Translations under genes and position numbers: made by a program | DNA from: an uncultured Alphaproteobacteria bacterium | GTDB taxonomy: Bacteria > Pseudomonadota > Alphaproteobacteria > Rhizobiales > Rhodomicrobiaceae | Direction of reading: 5' to 3' | Assembly (NCBI GenBank): GCA_963772335.1 | Contig: CAVYXF010000001.1 | Location: forward strand, 1,271,853 to 1,335,852 | DNA: 64,000 nucleotides | Shown here: positions 1-9,763 of the stretch, piece after piece | How positions within the stretch are numbered: position 1 is the first letter of the stretch | How the letters are laid out: each line of letters opens with the position of its first letter | Notes under the pieces: generated by a model | What the model saw: the letters and a program-made list of their open reading frames with translations, nothing else | The model's database searches: none | What the model was told of the DNA's origin: nothing

Positions 1-1433
1 TGGAGGACGGCACGCCCCTGGTGACGGCCTCTCAGCTCGGCGAGGGCCAGCTGGTGCTATTCCATGTGACTGGAAATTCGGACTGGTCGAACCTGCCGAT
101 GTCCGGCCTCTTCGTGGAGATGCTGCGCCGGACTGGCGAGCTGTCGAGTCTCTCCAGCAATCCCGAGCGCAGCGAAGCTGGCGCCGGAGGCGGTGCGGCC
201 GCCGATCTGGCCAAGAGCGCGGTCAGCAGCTCACGCACTTCCATGCTGACGCCTTGGCGCACGCTTGATGGCTTCGGCCGCATGGGACCGCCGCCCGTGA
301 CCGCCAATTCCATGCCGGCGGCCAATCCCGATGCCGCCCGGCCCGGTCCTGGCCTGCCACCCGGCTTTTACGGCCCGCCCGGCCGCACCCGTGCGCTGAA
401 CATCATGCGCCCGGAAACCGATCTCGCCGCGCTTGATCCATCTGGGCTCGGCGGGCGTATCCTGACCTATGAGGCACGCAAGCCGCTCATGCTCATGCCC
501 TGGCTCCTGCTCACTGCTTTCGCTCTGTTTGCCCTCGACGCGATGATCACACTTGCACTGATGTCAGGCGGCCTCTTCACCCGCCGCCATGCGCGGGCCG
601 CCGCCAGCCTTGCCGGGTTCCTCATTCTCGCCGCGCTGCTGCCAGGCGGCAGCACCCCCGCCTCGGCGCAGGACACAAGCGCCCAGGATTTTGCCTTGCA
701 GGCGGCGCTCAACACCCACCTCGCTTATGTGCTGACCGGCGATGCCTCGGTTGATGACGTCAGCCGCGCGGGGCTCGTCGGCCTCTCGCGCGTGCTCGCG
801 GCGCGCACGGCGGTCGAGCCGGGCGACCCGATGGCGATCAATGTCGATAAGGACGAGCTGGTATTCTTCCCCCTGATCTACTGGCCGGTGACACAGGAGG
901 CTCAGCCGCTCTCGGAGCATACGCTGGCCAAGGTCGATGCCTATATGAAGCAGGGCGGCATGATCATCTTCGATACCAAGGATTATCAAATGCCGGTAAA
1001 CGGAGGCGGCGGCCTGCTTCCGGGACAGTCGCCAGCGCTGAGCAATCTGCTCGGCCGGCTCGACATTCCGCGCCTTGAGCCCGTCCCCGACGACCATGTG
1101 CTGACCAAGTCCTTCTATCTCATGCGCGGCTTTCCCGGCCGCTGGGATGGCGGCACGCTCTGGGTCGAGGCACAAACGCCGGGCGAGGATGGCGAGAAGC
1201 GCGCGCTCAAGTCTGACGGCGTCTCATCGATCCTGATCACCTCGAATGATTTCGCCGGCGCCTGGGCGCTCGACGACAGCAACAAGCCGATGTTCGCCGC
1301 CGTGCCGGGCGGTGAGGTGCAGCGCGAGATGGCGTTCCGCTCGGGCGTCAACATCGTGATGTACGCCCTAACCGGCAATTACAAAGCGGATCAGGTGCAT
1401 GTGCCGGCGCTCCTTGAGCGGCTCGGCCAGTAA
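1..1433 (+). CDS. DUF4159-type protein (aerotolerance/BatA-like cluster), 5'-partial; the open frame runs to the window edge
   Basis: The ORF is open from base 3 in frame. The C-terminal region (ILITSNDFAGAW, GVNIVMYALTGNYK) matches my recollection of DUF4159/GATase-like proteins that follow MoxR/DUF58/BatA genes. There is an internal hydrophobic segment. Confidence 0.45.
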   Translation, partial: EDGTPLVTASQLGEGQLVLFHVTGNSDWSNLPMSGLFVEMLRRTGELSSLSSNPERSEAGAGGGAAADLAKSAVSSSRTSMLTPWRTLDGFGRMGPPPVTANSMPAANPDAARPGPGLPPGFYGPPGRTRALNIMRPETDLAALDPSGLGGRILTYEARKPLMLMPWLLLTAFALFALDAMITLALMSGGLFTRRHARAAASLAGFLILAALLPGGSTPASAQDTSAQDFALQAALNTHLAYVLTGDASVDDVSRAGLVGLSRVLAARTAVEPGDPMAINVDKDELVFFPLIYWPVTQEAQPLSEHTLAKVDAYMKQGGMIIFDTKDYQMPVNGGGGLLPGQSPALSNLLGRLDIPRLEPVPDDHVLTKSFYLMRGFPGRWDGGTLWVEAQTPGEDGEKRALKSDGVSSILITSNDFAGAWALDDSNKPMFAAVPGGEVQREMAFRSGVNIVMYALTGNYKADQVHVPALLERLGQ

Positions 1434-1442
1434 AGAGTATTC

Positions 1443-3536
1443 ATGAACTGGACCATCGAATTTCTGCCCTTCCTGCCGGTGCCCTATCTTGTCGTGGCGG
1501 CAGGGATCGCTGCGCTCATCGCGCTGGTGCTGTTGTGGCGCGGCCGGCGCGGTTCGCTCTTGCGCATCGCCAGCCTTGCGCTGCTGCTCTTGGCGCTCGC
1601 CAACCCCAATCTGAAGCAGGAGGAGCGCGAAAGCCTCTCCAACATCGCCGTCACCGTGCTCGACGAGAGCGCCAGCCAGCGCATTGCCGGGCGCGGTGAG
1701 CGCACCGAGGCTTTGCGCGGCGAGCTGTCGACCGCGCTGGCCGGCATTCCCAATCTGGAGACGCGCTGGGTCGAGAGCTCCGGCGGTACCACCTCGAGCG
1801 CCGAGGAGACCACGCTGTTCGCCGATCTCAACCGCGCGCTGGCCGACGTGCCGGCCGAGCGGCTTGCTGGCGTCATCATGATCACCGACGGCCAGATTCA
1901 CGACGTGCCGGCCGATGCCAAGACGCTGGGCTTTGACGCTCCCGTCCATGCGCTGATCACCGGCACACCGGACGAGTTCGACAACCGCCTGGAGATCGTC
2001 TCGGCGCCGCGCTTCGGCCTGGTCGGCTCCGAGCAGACGGTCGAGCTGCGCGCCCTCACCACACGCAAGAGCGCGGTTGGCTCGCCCGCAATGCTGAAGG
2101 TGCGTCGCGAGGCGGAAAGCGAGGAGGACATCCCGATCCGCTTCGGTGACACGGTAAAGCTGCCCTTTCCCTTCCCCCATGCCGGCAACCTGATCATGGA
2201 GGTCGAGCTTGCCGGGCAGGACGGCGAGCTGACGCTGGCCAACAACCGCATAGCGCTACAGGCGCAGGGTGTGCGCGAGAACCTGCGGGTGCTGCTGGTC
2301 TCGGGTGAGCCGCATGCCGGCGAGCGCACCTGGCGTAATCTCCTGCGTTCCGACGCCGCCGTGGACCTTGTTCACTTCACCATCCTGCGCCCGCCAGAAA
2401 AGCAAGATGGCACGCCCATCAACCAGCTCTCGCTGATCGCCTTCCCGACCCGTGAGCTGTTTTCCGAGAAGCTGTCGCAATTCGACCTGATCATCTTCGA
2501 CCGCTATCAGCGCCGGGGCGTCTTGCCGCTGATCTATCTCGACAATGTCGCGCGTTATGTCGAGGACGGCGGCGCGGTGCTGGTTGCAGCCGGCTCCGAT
2601 TTCGCCTCGCCGGTCAGCCTGTTCCGCACGCCGCTTGGCGATGTTCTGCCAGCCGAGCCGACTGGCCGCATCATCGAGCAGCCCTTCAAGCCGGCCTTGA
2701 CCGAGGTCGGCGAGAAACATCCTGTGACCGCCGGCCTTCCCGAGAGCAATGCCGAGCCCGGCGAGACCCCGAAATGGGGAAGCTGGTTCCGGCTGATCGA
2801 GACCTCCCCGCTCGACGGCAGCGTGCTGATGAACGGACCGGACAATGCGCCGGTCCTGACGCTGGTGCGCCGCGGCAAGGGGCGCGCTGCGACCTTCATG
2901 TCCGATCATGTCTGGCTGTGGGCGCGCGGCTATGAGGGCGGCGGCCCGCATTCCGACCTGCTGCGCCGGCTCTCGCACTGGCTGATGAAGGAGCCGGACC
3001 TGGAGGAGGAATATCTCAAGGCCACCGCTGACCGGAACGCCATCACCATCGAGCGGCGCTCGATGAAGGACGAGGTCGGCGAGGCGACCGTCACCGGCCC
3101 GACCGACAAGACCTCGACCGTGCCCTTGGAGAAGGTCAGCCCAGGCCTGTGGCGCGGCCAGCTCACCGCCACCGAGCCGGGCTTGCACAAGATCACCATG
3201 GACGGGCTCTCAGCCGTTGCCCTGGTAGGCGCTGCCAACAGCCGCGAATTCTCCAAGGTGGTGGCGACCGACGAGGCGCTCAAACCGATTGCGGACGTGA
3301 CCGGCGGCGGTCAGTTCTGGATGGCCGGCACCAATGGCAAGTCGCCGGTTGGCCTGCCGCGGCTCTCCATGCTGCATTCCTCGACCAAGTTCTACGGTGC
3401 CAATTGGCTCGGCCTGAAGGACCGCGAGGCACATGTGGTGCGCGGTGTGCAATATACGCCGCTGCTGGCGGGCGTGGTGGCGCTTGGCCTGTTCCTGCTG
3501 GCAATCGGCCTGACCTGGTTCAGGGAGAGCCGCTGA
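1443..3536 (+). CDS. Large membrane-anchored protein with N-terminal and C-terminal TM helices, cluster partner of the DUF4159 protein
   Basis: 697-aa ORF starting 10 nt after the previous stop. It has an N-terminal TM (FLPFLPVPYLVVAAGIAALIALVLLW) and a C-terminal TM (LLAGVVALGLFLLAIGLTWF). Codon usage is typical for the genome. Confidence 0.4.
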   Translation: MNWTIEFLPFLPVPYLVVAAGIAALIALVLLWRGRRGSLLRIASLALLLLALANPNLKQEERESLSNIAVTVLDESASQRIAGRGERTEALRGELSTALAGIPNLETRWVESSGGTTSSAEETTLFADLNRALADVPAERLAGVIMITDGQIHDVPADAKTLGFDAPVHALITGTPDEFDNRLEIVSAPRFGLVGSEQTVELRALTTRKSAVGSPAMLKVRREAESEEDIPIRFGDTVKLPFPFPHAGNLIMEVELAGQDGELTLANNRIALQAQGVRENLRVLLVSGEPHAGERTWRNLLRSDAAVDLVHFTILRPPEKQDGTPINQLSLIAFPTRELFSEKLSQFDLIIFDRYQRRGVLPLIYLDNVARYVEDGGAVLVAAGSDFASPVSLFRTPLGDVLPAEPTGRIIEQPFKPALTEVGEKHPVTAGLPESNAEPGETPKWGSWFRLIETSPLDGSVLMNGPDNAPVLTLVRRGKGRAATFMSDHVWLWARGYEGGGPHSDLLRRLSHWLMKEPDLEEEYLKATADRNAITIERRSMKDEVGEATVTGPTDKTSTVPLEKVSPGLWRGQLTATEPGLHKITMDGLSAVALVGAANSREFSKVVATDEALKPIADVTGGGQFWMAGTNGKSPVGLPRLSMLHSSTKFYGANWLGLKDREAHVVRGVQYTPLLAGVVALGLFLLAIGLTWFRESR

Positions 3537-3568
3537 CGGGGTGAGCGTTCGGACCCGCGTTTCCCCTT

Positions 3569-5581
3569 TCACGCGATAGCGCGTTGGTGCCTTGCTGCCG
3601 TAAAATTGTGCACGAGCTCTGCTATTTCCGATTCAGGCACTGGCTTCGAATACAAGAAGCCTTGGGCTGCTGAGCAACCAATCTCGCGCAGCAACGCAAC
3701 ATCGCTGTCTGTGCCCACGCCCTCCGCCACGGTCGTCAGCCCGAGGCTCTTGCCTAAGCTCACAATGGCCGTGACGATCTTGGCGCTCTCGGAGCGAACA
3801 TGCAGCGTTTTGATAAATGATCGGTCGATTTTGAGAGTATCAAACGGCAGTTCAGACAGGTAGCACAGGCTAGAATATCCAGTTCCGAAGTCGTCGAGAG
3901 CCATGCGAATGCCAATTGCCTTCAGTGAGTTGATGACTTCCTTCGCCAAAGCGAAATCAGCCACGAGTGCCTGCTCCGTCAACTCCACCTCGAGCCGCTG
4001 GGGCGCAAAGCCTGTTTCATAGAGAGCCCCACGGATTTTAACTGCGAGCAACTCGTCCTGGAGTTGCTGCGGCGAGATGTTTATGGCGAGGGTCAGGTCG
4101 GTTGGCAGGAGGCTTGCGGCTGTGCATGCTTGTTTCAGTACGGCCAGAGTCAAAGCGCTGATCTGGCCGGTATCTTCAGCCAGAGGAATGAATTGATCTG
4201 GATTGATGAGGCCCCTCGCCGGATGCCTCCAGCGGCTGAGCACCTCAAAACCCCGCAATTCGCCACTCGAAAGGTCAATGAGTGGCTGAAAATAGGGAAC
4301 CACTTCTCCGCTCGAAATGCCTTGTCTGAGTTCCTCCTCGAGCAGAGCACGTGTGTCAATATCCAGGCTTAAATCATAGACGCGCACCCGCCCACGCCCC
4401 TCGAGCTTGGCGCGGTAAAGTGCCATATCGGCCTTGCGGATCAGGTCCTCTTCCCCGACTGCGTTCGCGGGGTAAATCGCAAACCCTGCGCTTGCGCCGA
4501 TCTGGATATGCGTGCCAGCGAGAGTCATGGGAGAAGAAAGTTCCTCGACGATGCGCATTGCTATGGAGCGTGGGATTTCGTCATCCGCTTCGTATTCAAC
4601 CAGCGCGACAAACTCATCGCCGCCATAACGTGCTCGAAGCTCACCCTCGCGCAGCACTTTCGCGATCCGCAGCGCCACCTCTTTGAGCACCAGGTCACCG
4701 ATGAGATGGCCGTGACGATCATTGATTGGCTTGAATCGATCCAGGTCGATCATCAGCAGTGCCAACTTGGATCCATTGAGATTGGCCCGCTCAATCGCGA
4801 CGTGGAGGGCGTGTCGCATCGAGACGCGATTAGCCAATCCGGTTAGCATGTCGTTAAGCGCTAAATGATTGATTTGTTCTTCTGTCGCCAGGAAAGCATT
4901 TGCCGATCTTGTCAAGCTCGTATTGAAGATCCGCCATACCACCAGTCCACCAGCAATAGAAATAAGCAGCGCTGCGCCGATAATGACCAGGGCGCGCTGC
5001 TCAACTTGCGTGAGATCACTCCCAACGGAATTGATGACACTCTCAATAAAGCGTGATGTTCCGTCACTGAGGACTTTCTTGTGAAAGGCGTAGTCATCTC
5101 CATCGAGAATTCTTCTGGCGCCTACTGAGTCTTCCGAGCGAACTTTCGCAAAAGAATTACGCTCCAGCTCGACAAGGTGATCGTTGGAGGCACGCGTTTC
5201 TTCATTAAATCGCGCCACGACAGCGGGCGAGGCAAGTTCGCTCGCGGCAGCGATGCCTTGATCAATCAATGGGAGATTGTCGTTGTAGCGCTTTATCCAG
5301 CGCTCCTCGCCGGCTGCTGCCGCCATGTTTGCTGACATGGTGAGGCGCTCATCGGCGAGGAGGATCTGGTCTGCGGCGAGATGGGCCTGAAGTAAACGTT
5401 TGTATGCCGCGCGGAATTCGCTCTGGAAAACGAAGCGCTCCGCGACTAAACCCGCGGCGATCACAGCAATGCCTATCAGCGCCGCGAGTACGGCACGACG
5501 AGCCTTAGTCGCAGATTGCTTTGCAATAGACCCGGAGTGCATTGGCAAGGTTCCACTCCGACGGACTATGGCTGAATTCAA
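3569..5581 (-). CDS. Membrane sensor diguanylate cyclase/phosphodiesterase (GGDEF + EAL domains)
   Basis: N-terminal TM segments plus a periplasmic/sensor region. The GGDEF motif is intact (RYGGDEFVAL). The EAL-domain motifs are EVLSRW ... DDFGTGYSSL. Confidence 0.85.
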   Translation of the reverse strand: MNSAIVRRSGTLPMHSGSIAKQSATKARRAVLAALIGIAVIAAGLVAERFVFQSEFRAAYKRLLQAHLAADQILLADERLTMSANMAAAAGEERWIKRYNDNLPLIDQGIAAASELASPAVVARFNEETRASNDHLVELERNSFAKVRSEDSVGARRILDGDDYAFHKKVLSDGTSRFIESVINSVGSDLTQVEQRALVIIGAALLISIAGGLVVWRIFNTSLTRSANAFLATEEQINHLALNDMLTGLANRVSMRHALHVAIERANLNGSKLALLMIDLDRFKPINDRHGHLIGDLVLKEVALRIAKVLREGELRARYGGDEFVALVEYEADDEIPRSIAMRIVEELSSPMTLAGTHIQIGASAGFAIYPANAVGEEDLIRKADMALYRAKLEGRGRVRVYDLSLDIDTRALLEEELRQGISSGEVVPYFQPLIDLSSGELRGFEVLSRWRHPARGLINPDQFIPLAEDTGQISALTLAVLKQACTAASLLPTDLTLAINISPQQLQDELLAVKIRGALYETGFAPQRLEVELTEQALVADFALAKEVINSLKAIGIRMALDDFGTGYSSLCYLSELPFDTLKIDRSFIKTLHVRSESAKIVTAIVSLGKSLGLTTVAEGVGTDSDVALLREIGCSAAQGFLYSKPVPESEIAELVHNFTAARHQRAIA

Positions 5582-5732
5582 CTTACGATTGCGTTAAGGA
5601 GCCTGCCATCGGGGTAATTGGACCGAACTTGCTCGTGCTTTTACCCATGGCATCGAGGTCGTCGCCTCGGCTCTTGGAAGTGCCTATACGGCGGCATCGC
5701 TCGGAAAGCGACGCAGGCGGCGCCGAAATAAC

Positions 5733-6242
5733 TCAGCTGAACCCGCTATTGTCCGCCGCGATCATGCCGCTGCACCCGGCCAGGGCGCCCGGCTCCAGTT
5801 CCACGGCCAAGATCCGCGCCGGATCGGCGGGGCCGGGCAGCACGATCTGGCCGGCCGACACGGCCGCAAAACCGGCACGTGCGTAGTAAGGCAGGTCCCC
5901 GACCAGCACGACGAGTGACACCCCCCGCAGCCGCGCCTCGGCAAGGCTGTCGAGGATCAGCCGCAGCCCGGCGCCCCTGCCCTTATAGGCCGGCGCAACG
6001 GCAAGTGGGCCGAGCAGCATGGCGCCAGGCTCGGCGCCGATGGTTACGCTGGTCAGCTGGATGGCGCCGACCAGCACGTCTCCGTCCCAGGCGGTGAAAG
6101 CGATGGCCGGGCCCCTCGATGCCTCGCGCACGCGATAGGCGCTGCGGGCGAACCGCCCTGGGCCGAAGGCCTGCTCGTGAAGCTGGAATACCACCGCATC
6201 ATCGCCCGGCTCTTGCCGCCGGACCGGATAATTATAGGTCAT
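5733..6242 (-). CDS. GNAT family N-acetyltransferase
   Basis: Acetyl-CoA binding motif RGRGAGLRLIL and ~169 aa from the internal Met MTYNYP. The upstream 21 codons of the track ORF are probably not translated. Confidence 0.7.
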   Translation of the reverse strand: MTYNYPVRRQEPGDDAVVFQLHEQAFGPGRFARSAYRVREASRGPAIAFTAWDGDVLVGAIQLTSVTIGAEPGAMLLGPLAVAPAYKGRGAGLRLILDSLAEARLRGVSLVVLVGDLPYYARAGFAAVSAGQIVLPGPADPARILAVELEPGALAGCSGMIAADNSGFS

Positions 6243-6509
6243 GAGAGCTTCCCGCTCGAAAACGGAATGAGGAGAAGAGGAGCTTTCGAGAGGCGGGGGA
6301 TTCAACGCCGCTAGCGTTGATGGGCGGTCATCGCCTGCCCAAGGCCACGCGAAAGCACGAATAGCGCGCGCCGGCGTCGTCGCGCTGCGTATGCGCGGCC
6401 GGCAACTTTCGCATGGCTTTCACGTTTCTGGCTCATAGCGCAGCGCCTATATCACTGGCGATGTGTGCCGTCCAGCGGCAATTTCCCACCCGACAATCGT
6501 AAAGGAGCC

Positions 6510-7499
6510 ATGATGGGCGTTCTCGTTGACGGCATATGGCGCGATCAGTGGTATGACACCGAAAAATCCGGCGGGCGCTTCGTGCGGGAGGAGTCCACTT
6601 TCCGCAACTGGGTCACTGCGGACGGCAGCGCCGGCCCGAGCGGGGTGGGCGGCTTCAAGGCGCAAGCCGGCCGTTATCATCTCTACGTATCTTATGCCTG
6701 CCCATGGGCGCACCGCACACTGATCTTCCGCGCCCTCAAGGGCCTGCAGGACATGATCTCGGTCGATGTCGTGCATCCGCTGATGGCAGCCGAGGGCTGG
6801 ACGTTCTCCGACGACTTCCCCGGCGCAACGGGTGACCGGGTGAATGGCCGCGCGCGCCTCTATGAGGTCTATCAGCTCGCCAAGCCCGACTACAGCGGAC
6901 GCGCCACCGTGCCGGCGCTGTGGGATAAGGAGCAGCGCACCATCGTCTCGAACAAGTCCGCAGAAATCATCCGCATGCTCGGCAGCGCCTTCGACGGACT
7001 CGGCGCCAAGCCCGGCGAGTATTATCCGCCTACACTGCGCGAGACGATCGACGAGATCAACGCGCGCGTCTACGACAAGATCAACAACGGCGTCTATAAA
7101 TGTGGCTTTGCCACGCGCCAGCGCGCTTATGAGGCGGCTTTCAGCCCCCTTTTTCACGAGCTCGACGCCCTGGAGGAGCGGCTCGCGCTCCAGCGCTATC
7201 TCGCCGGCGATCGGCCGACCGAGGCGGACTGGCGGCTGTTCACCACGTTAATTCGGTTCGATGCGGTCTATTACAGCCACTTCAAATGCAACCGCCAGCG
7301 CATTACCGATTATCCGAACCTCTCGGGCTATCTGCGCGATTTGTATCAACAGGACGGTGTCGCGGGGACCGTGCATATGGACCACATCAAATTCCACTAT
7401 TACGCCTCGCACCGTAACATCAATCCGACCGGCATCGTGCCGCTCGGCCCGGCGCTCGACTTTTCTGCGCCGCATGACCGGGACCGGTTTACGGGCTGA
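6510..7499 (+). CDS. Glutathionyl-hydroquinone reductase (Xi-class GST, YqjG/ECM4-like)
   Basis: AAGGAG RBS 7 nt upstream of ATG. Diagnostic motifs YHLYVSYACPWAHRTLI (Cys-Pro-Trp-Ala) and the C-terminal region of YqjG-type GSTs. Confidence 0.75.
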   Translation: MMGVLVDGIWRDQWYDTEKSGGRFVREESTFRNWVTADGSAGPSGVGGFKAQAGRYHLYVSYACPWAHRTLIFRALKGLQDMISVDVVHPLMAAEGWTFSDDFPGATGDRVNGRARLYEVYQLAKPDYSGRATVPALWDKEQRTIVSNKSAEIIRMLGSAFDGLGAKPGEYYPPTLRETIDEINARVYDKINNGVYKCGFATRQRAYEAAFSPLFHELDALEERLALQRYLAGDRPTEADWRLFTTLIRFDAVYYSHFKCNRQRITDYPNLSGYLRDLYQQDGVAGTVHMDHIKFHYYASHRNINPTGIVPLGPALDFSAPHDRDRFTG

Positions 7500-7545
7500 C
7501 GCGGGCTGGCGTTATAGGCGCGTTCGGCGCCGGCGCAGACGGCCG

Positions 7546-8001
7546 CTACCAATGCTGGCCGACCGGCTGGCCTTCGAAGATCTCGGCGAGCCGCCGCGTG
7601 GTGCTGCGGGCGACGTCGGGAGGCGGGGCATTGATCGGGAAGAAGCGCTGCTCCAGGATCTCAAAGCTTGGCGCAGGGACGCGCGGCTGCTCCCAGTGAC
7701 GCACGATGAACAGGGCCACGTGATCGCTTGGCGAGATATGGAAATTGGCAAAAATGCCATGCAACACCGGCGTGCCTTTGACGATCACGCCAGTTTCCTC
7801 CTCGACCTCGCGGGCGAGCGCGGCGATCAGCGTCTCGCGCCATTCGACCCCGCCGCCGGGAAAATGCCAGCCGGGCTGGTAGCCGTGGCGCACCAGCAGC
7901 ACCTCTTTGCTGTCTTTGAGGATCACCCCCTGGGCGCCGAGGGTCATGCCACGACGCAGCCGCCAATACGGCATCAGCATTTTCACGACACGTCGTTTCA
8001 T
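7546..8001 (-). CDS. NUDIX hydrolase
   Basis: Nudix box GGGVEWRETLIAALAREVEEETGV. The exact start is uncertain. Confidence 0.75.
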   Translation of the reverse strand: MKRRVVKMLMPYWRLRRGMTLGAQGVILKDSKEVLLVRHGYQPGWHFPGGGVEWRETLIAALAREVEEETGVIVKGTPVLHGIFANFHISPSDHVALFIVRHWEQPRVPAPSFEILEQRFFPINAPPPDVARSTTRRLAEIFEGQPVGQHW

Positions 8002-8215
8002 GCCCTGCTCCCCCCTCGCGCCGCTTATGGCTCATTTGGGGCTGAAATGTGTTACCCGCGCACCTGGCGCGGATTTTCTGATTCCCGGCCGCAAGGCAGC
8101 ACGGTTTTACTGCACGGCGCAATAGGGCAGAAGGTGGATTGCGTTTGCTTCGGTTAGGAGGCGGGACGGTGGCCGGGTAGGCGAGTGGCGGCCGTTTACG
8201 CGGGGAATGCCTGGG

Positions 8216-9763
8216 CTATTCCATGACCTCGACAACACCGGCGGGTGCGCGGCGGGGCCCTTCCATCAGGAGCAGCAGCGGGATGACCGCTATCACTATC
8301 CACATCATGGCGCGGAAATCGTTGAGATAGCCGATGGTGGCGGCTTGGCTGGTGACGACCTGATTCAGCGCTGCCGCCCCCGCCGGGCTGTGCCAATCCC
8401 AGACATGAGGCAGCCAGGGCTGCTGCATAGCCGTGCGGAACGGCGTCAGATGCGCGGCAAGGCTCGAATGCACCACCTGCGTGGTCTGGGTCAGCATGGT
8501 GATCATCACCGAAATGCCGATCGAAGAGCCGATATTGCGCATAAGTGAGAACATCGCCGTGCCGTCATTGCGGTATTGCGGGTTGAGGGTGGCGAAGGTG
8601 ATAGTCGAGAGCGGCACGAACACGAAGCCGAGGCCAATGCCCTGGATGACGCCGGTGGTCACGATGGTCGCGATGCTCACGTCAGTGGTGAACCCCGCCA
8701 TCTGATGCAGCGCGACCGCCATCATGATGAAGCCGAACAGGATGAGGTAGCGCACATCCACCCGGCCGATCATCCGCCCGACGGCTATCATGGCGATCAT
8801 TGAGCCGATGCCGCGGGGGGCGAGCACCAGACCGGCGGTCACGACGGGAAAGCCCATCAGCTCCTGCAGGAAAGGCGGCAGCAGCGCCAGCGTCGCCAGC
8901 AGCACAATGCCGACGATGAAGATCATCGCGAGGCCCACCGCGAAATTACGGTCCTTGAACAGCGCCGGCCGCAGGAACGGGTTCCTCGCGGTGAACATCT
9001 GCACGAAGAACATGTAAAGGCAGACGGCGAAGACCGCGCCTTCGATGATGATCTCGGTCGAGGAGAACCAATCCTGGGACTGGCCGCGGTCGAGCATGAT
9101 CTGTAGCGCGCCAATCGAGAGGCTGAGGAGCGCAAAGCCGAACCAGTCAAAGGGCAGGCCCGGACGCTTCTCGGTCTCCGAGACGAACGCGATGATGCCG
9201 GCGAGCGCAAGGATGCCGACCGGCAGGTTGATATAGAAGGTCCAGCGCCAATCATAATATTCGGTGAGCCAGCCGCCGAGCGTCGGCCCGAGGATCGGCC
9301 CGAGCATGACGCCCAGCCCCCACATCGCCATCGCCGAGCCATGCTGCTCGCGCGGATAGGTGTCGAGCAGCACGGCCTGCGACAATGGCACGAGGCCGGC
9401 GCCGAATGCACCCTGCAGGAGACGGAAGATCACCATCTGCGGCAGCGACGTAGCCGCGCCGCAGAGCATGGAGGTGAGGGTGAAGCCGGCGACCGAGACG
9501 ATGAACAGCCGCTTGCGCCCGAAGCGCGCGGCCAAATACCCGGTCGGCGCGGTCATCACCGCGGCGGCGACGATATAGGAGGTCAGCACCCAGGAGATCT
9601 GGTCCTGGGTGGCCGACATCGAACCCTGCATATGGGGCAAGGCGACGTTGGCGATGGTCGTGTCCAGCGCCTGCATGATGGTCGCCAGCATGATCGGAAT
9701 GGTGGTGAGCAGTCGGTCGAGAGCCGTCGGCTCCGACCGGCCGGAGAGGGCCGCGGCAGTCAT
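8216..9763 (-). CDS. emrB: MFS drug efflux transporter, DHA2/EmrB-QacA family (14 TM)
   Basis: 515 aa with repeated TM helices and MFS signature motifs (GRKRLFIVS, LQGAFGAGLVP). It overlaps the upstream HlyD gene by 4 nt. Confidence 0.85.
   Translation of the reverse strand: MTAAALSGRSEPTALDRLLTTIPIMLATIMQALDTTIANVALPHMQGSMSATQDQISWVLTSYIVAAAVMTAPTGYLAARFGRKRLFIVSVAGFTLTSMLCGAATSLPQMVIFRLLQGAFGAGLVPLSQAVLLDTYPREQHGSAMAMWGLGVMLGPILGPTLGGWLTEYYDWRWTFYINLPVGILALAGIIAFVSETEKRPGLPFDWFGFALLSLSIGALQIMLDRGQSQDWFSSTEIIIEGAVFAVCLYMFFVQMFTARNPFLRPALFKDRNFAVGLAMIFIVGIVLLATLALLPPFLQELMGFPVVTAGLVLAPRGIGSMIAMIAVGRMIGRVDVRYLILFGFIMMAVALHQMAGFTTDVSIATIVTTGVIQGIGLGFVFVPLSTITFATLNPQYRNDGTAMFSLMRNIGSSIGISVMITMLTQTTQVVHSSLAAHLTPFRTAMQQPWLPHVWDWHSPAGAAALNQVVTSQAATIGYLNDFRAMMWIVIAVIPLLLLMEGPRRAPAGVVEVME

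Noticed and set aside
564-3283. Numerous long antisense/overlapping ORFs (e.g. 564..1175 -, 1368..2180 -, 2256..3188 -, 2930..3283 -) inside the first two genes
   Set aside because: Typical spurious open frames on the opposite strand of high-GC coding DNA. They have no motifs and overlap the well-supported genes entirely.
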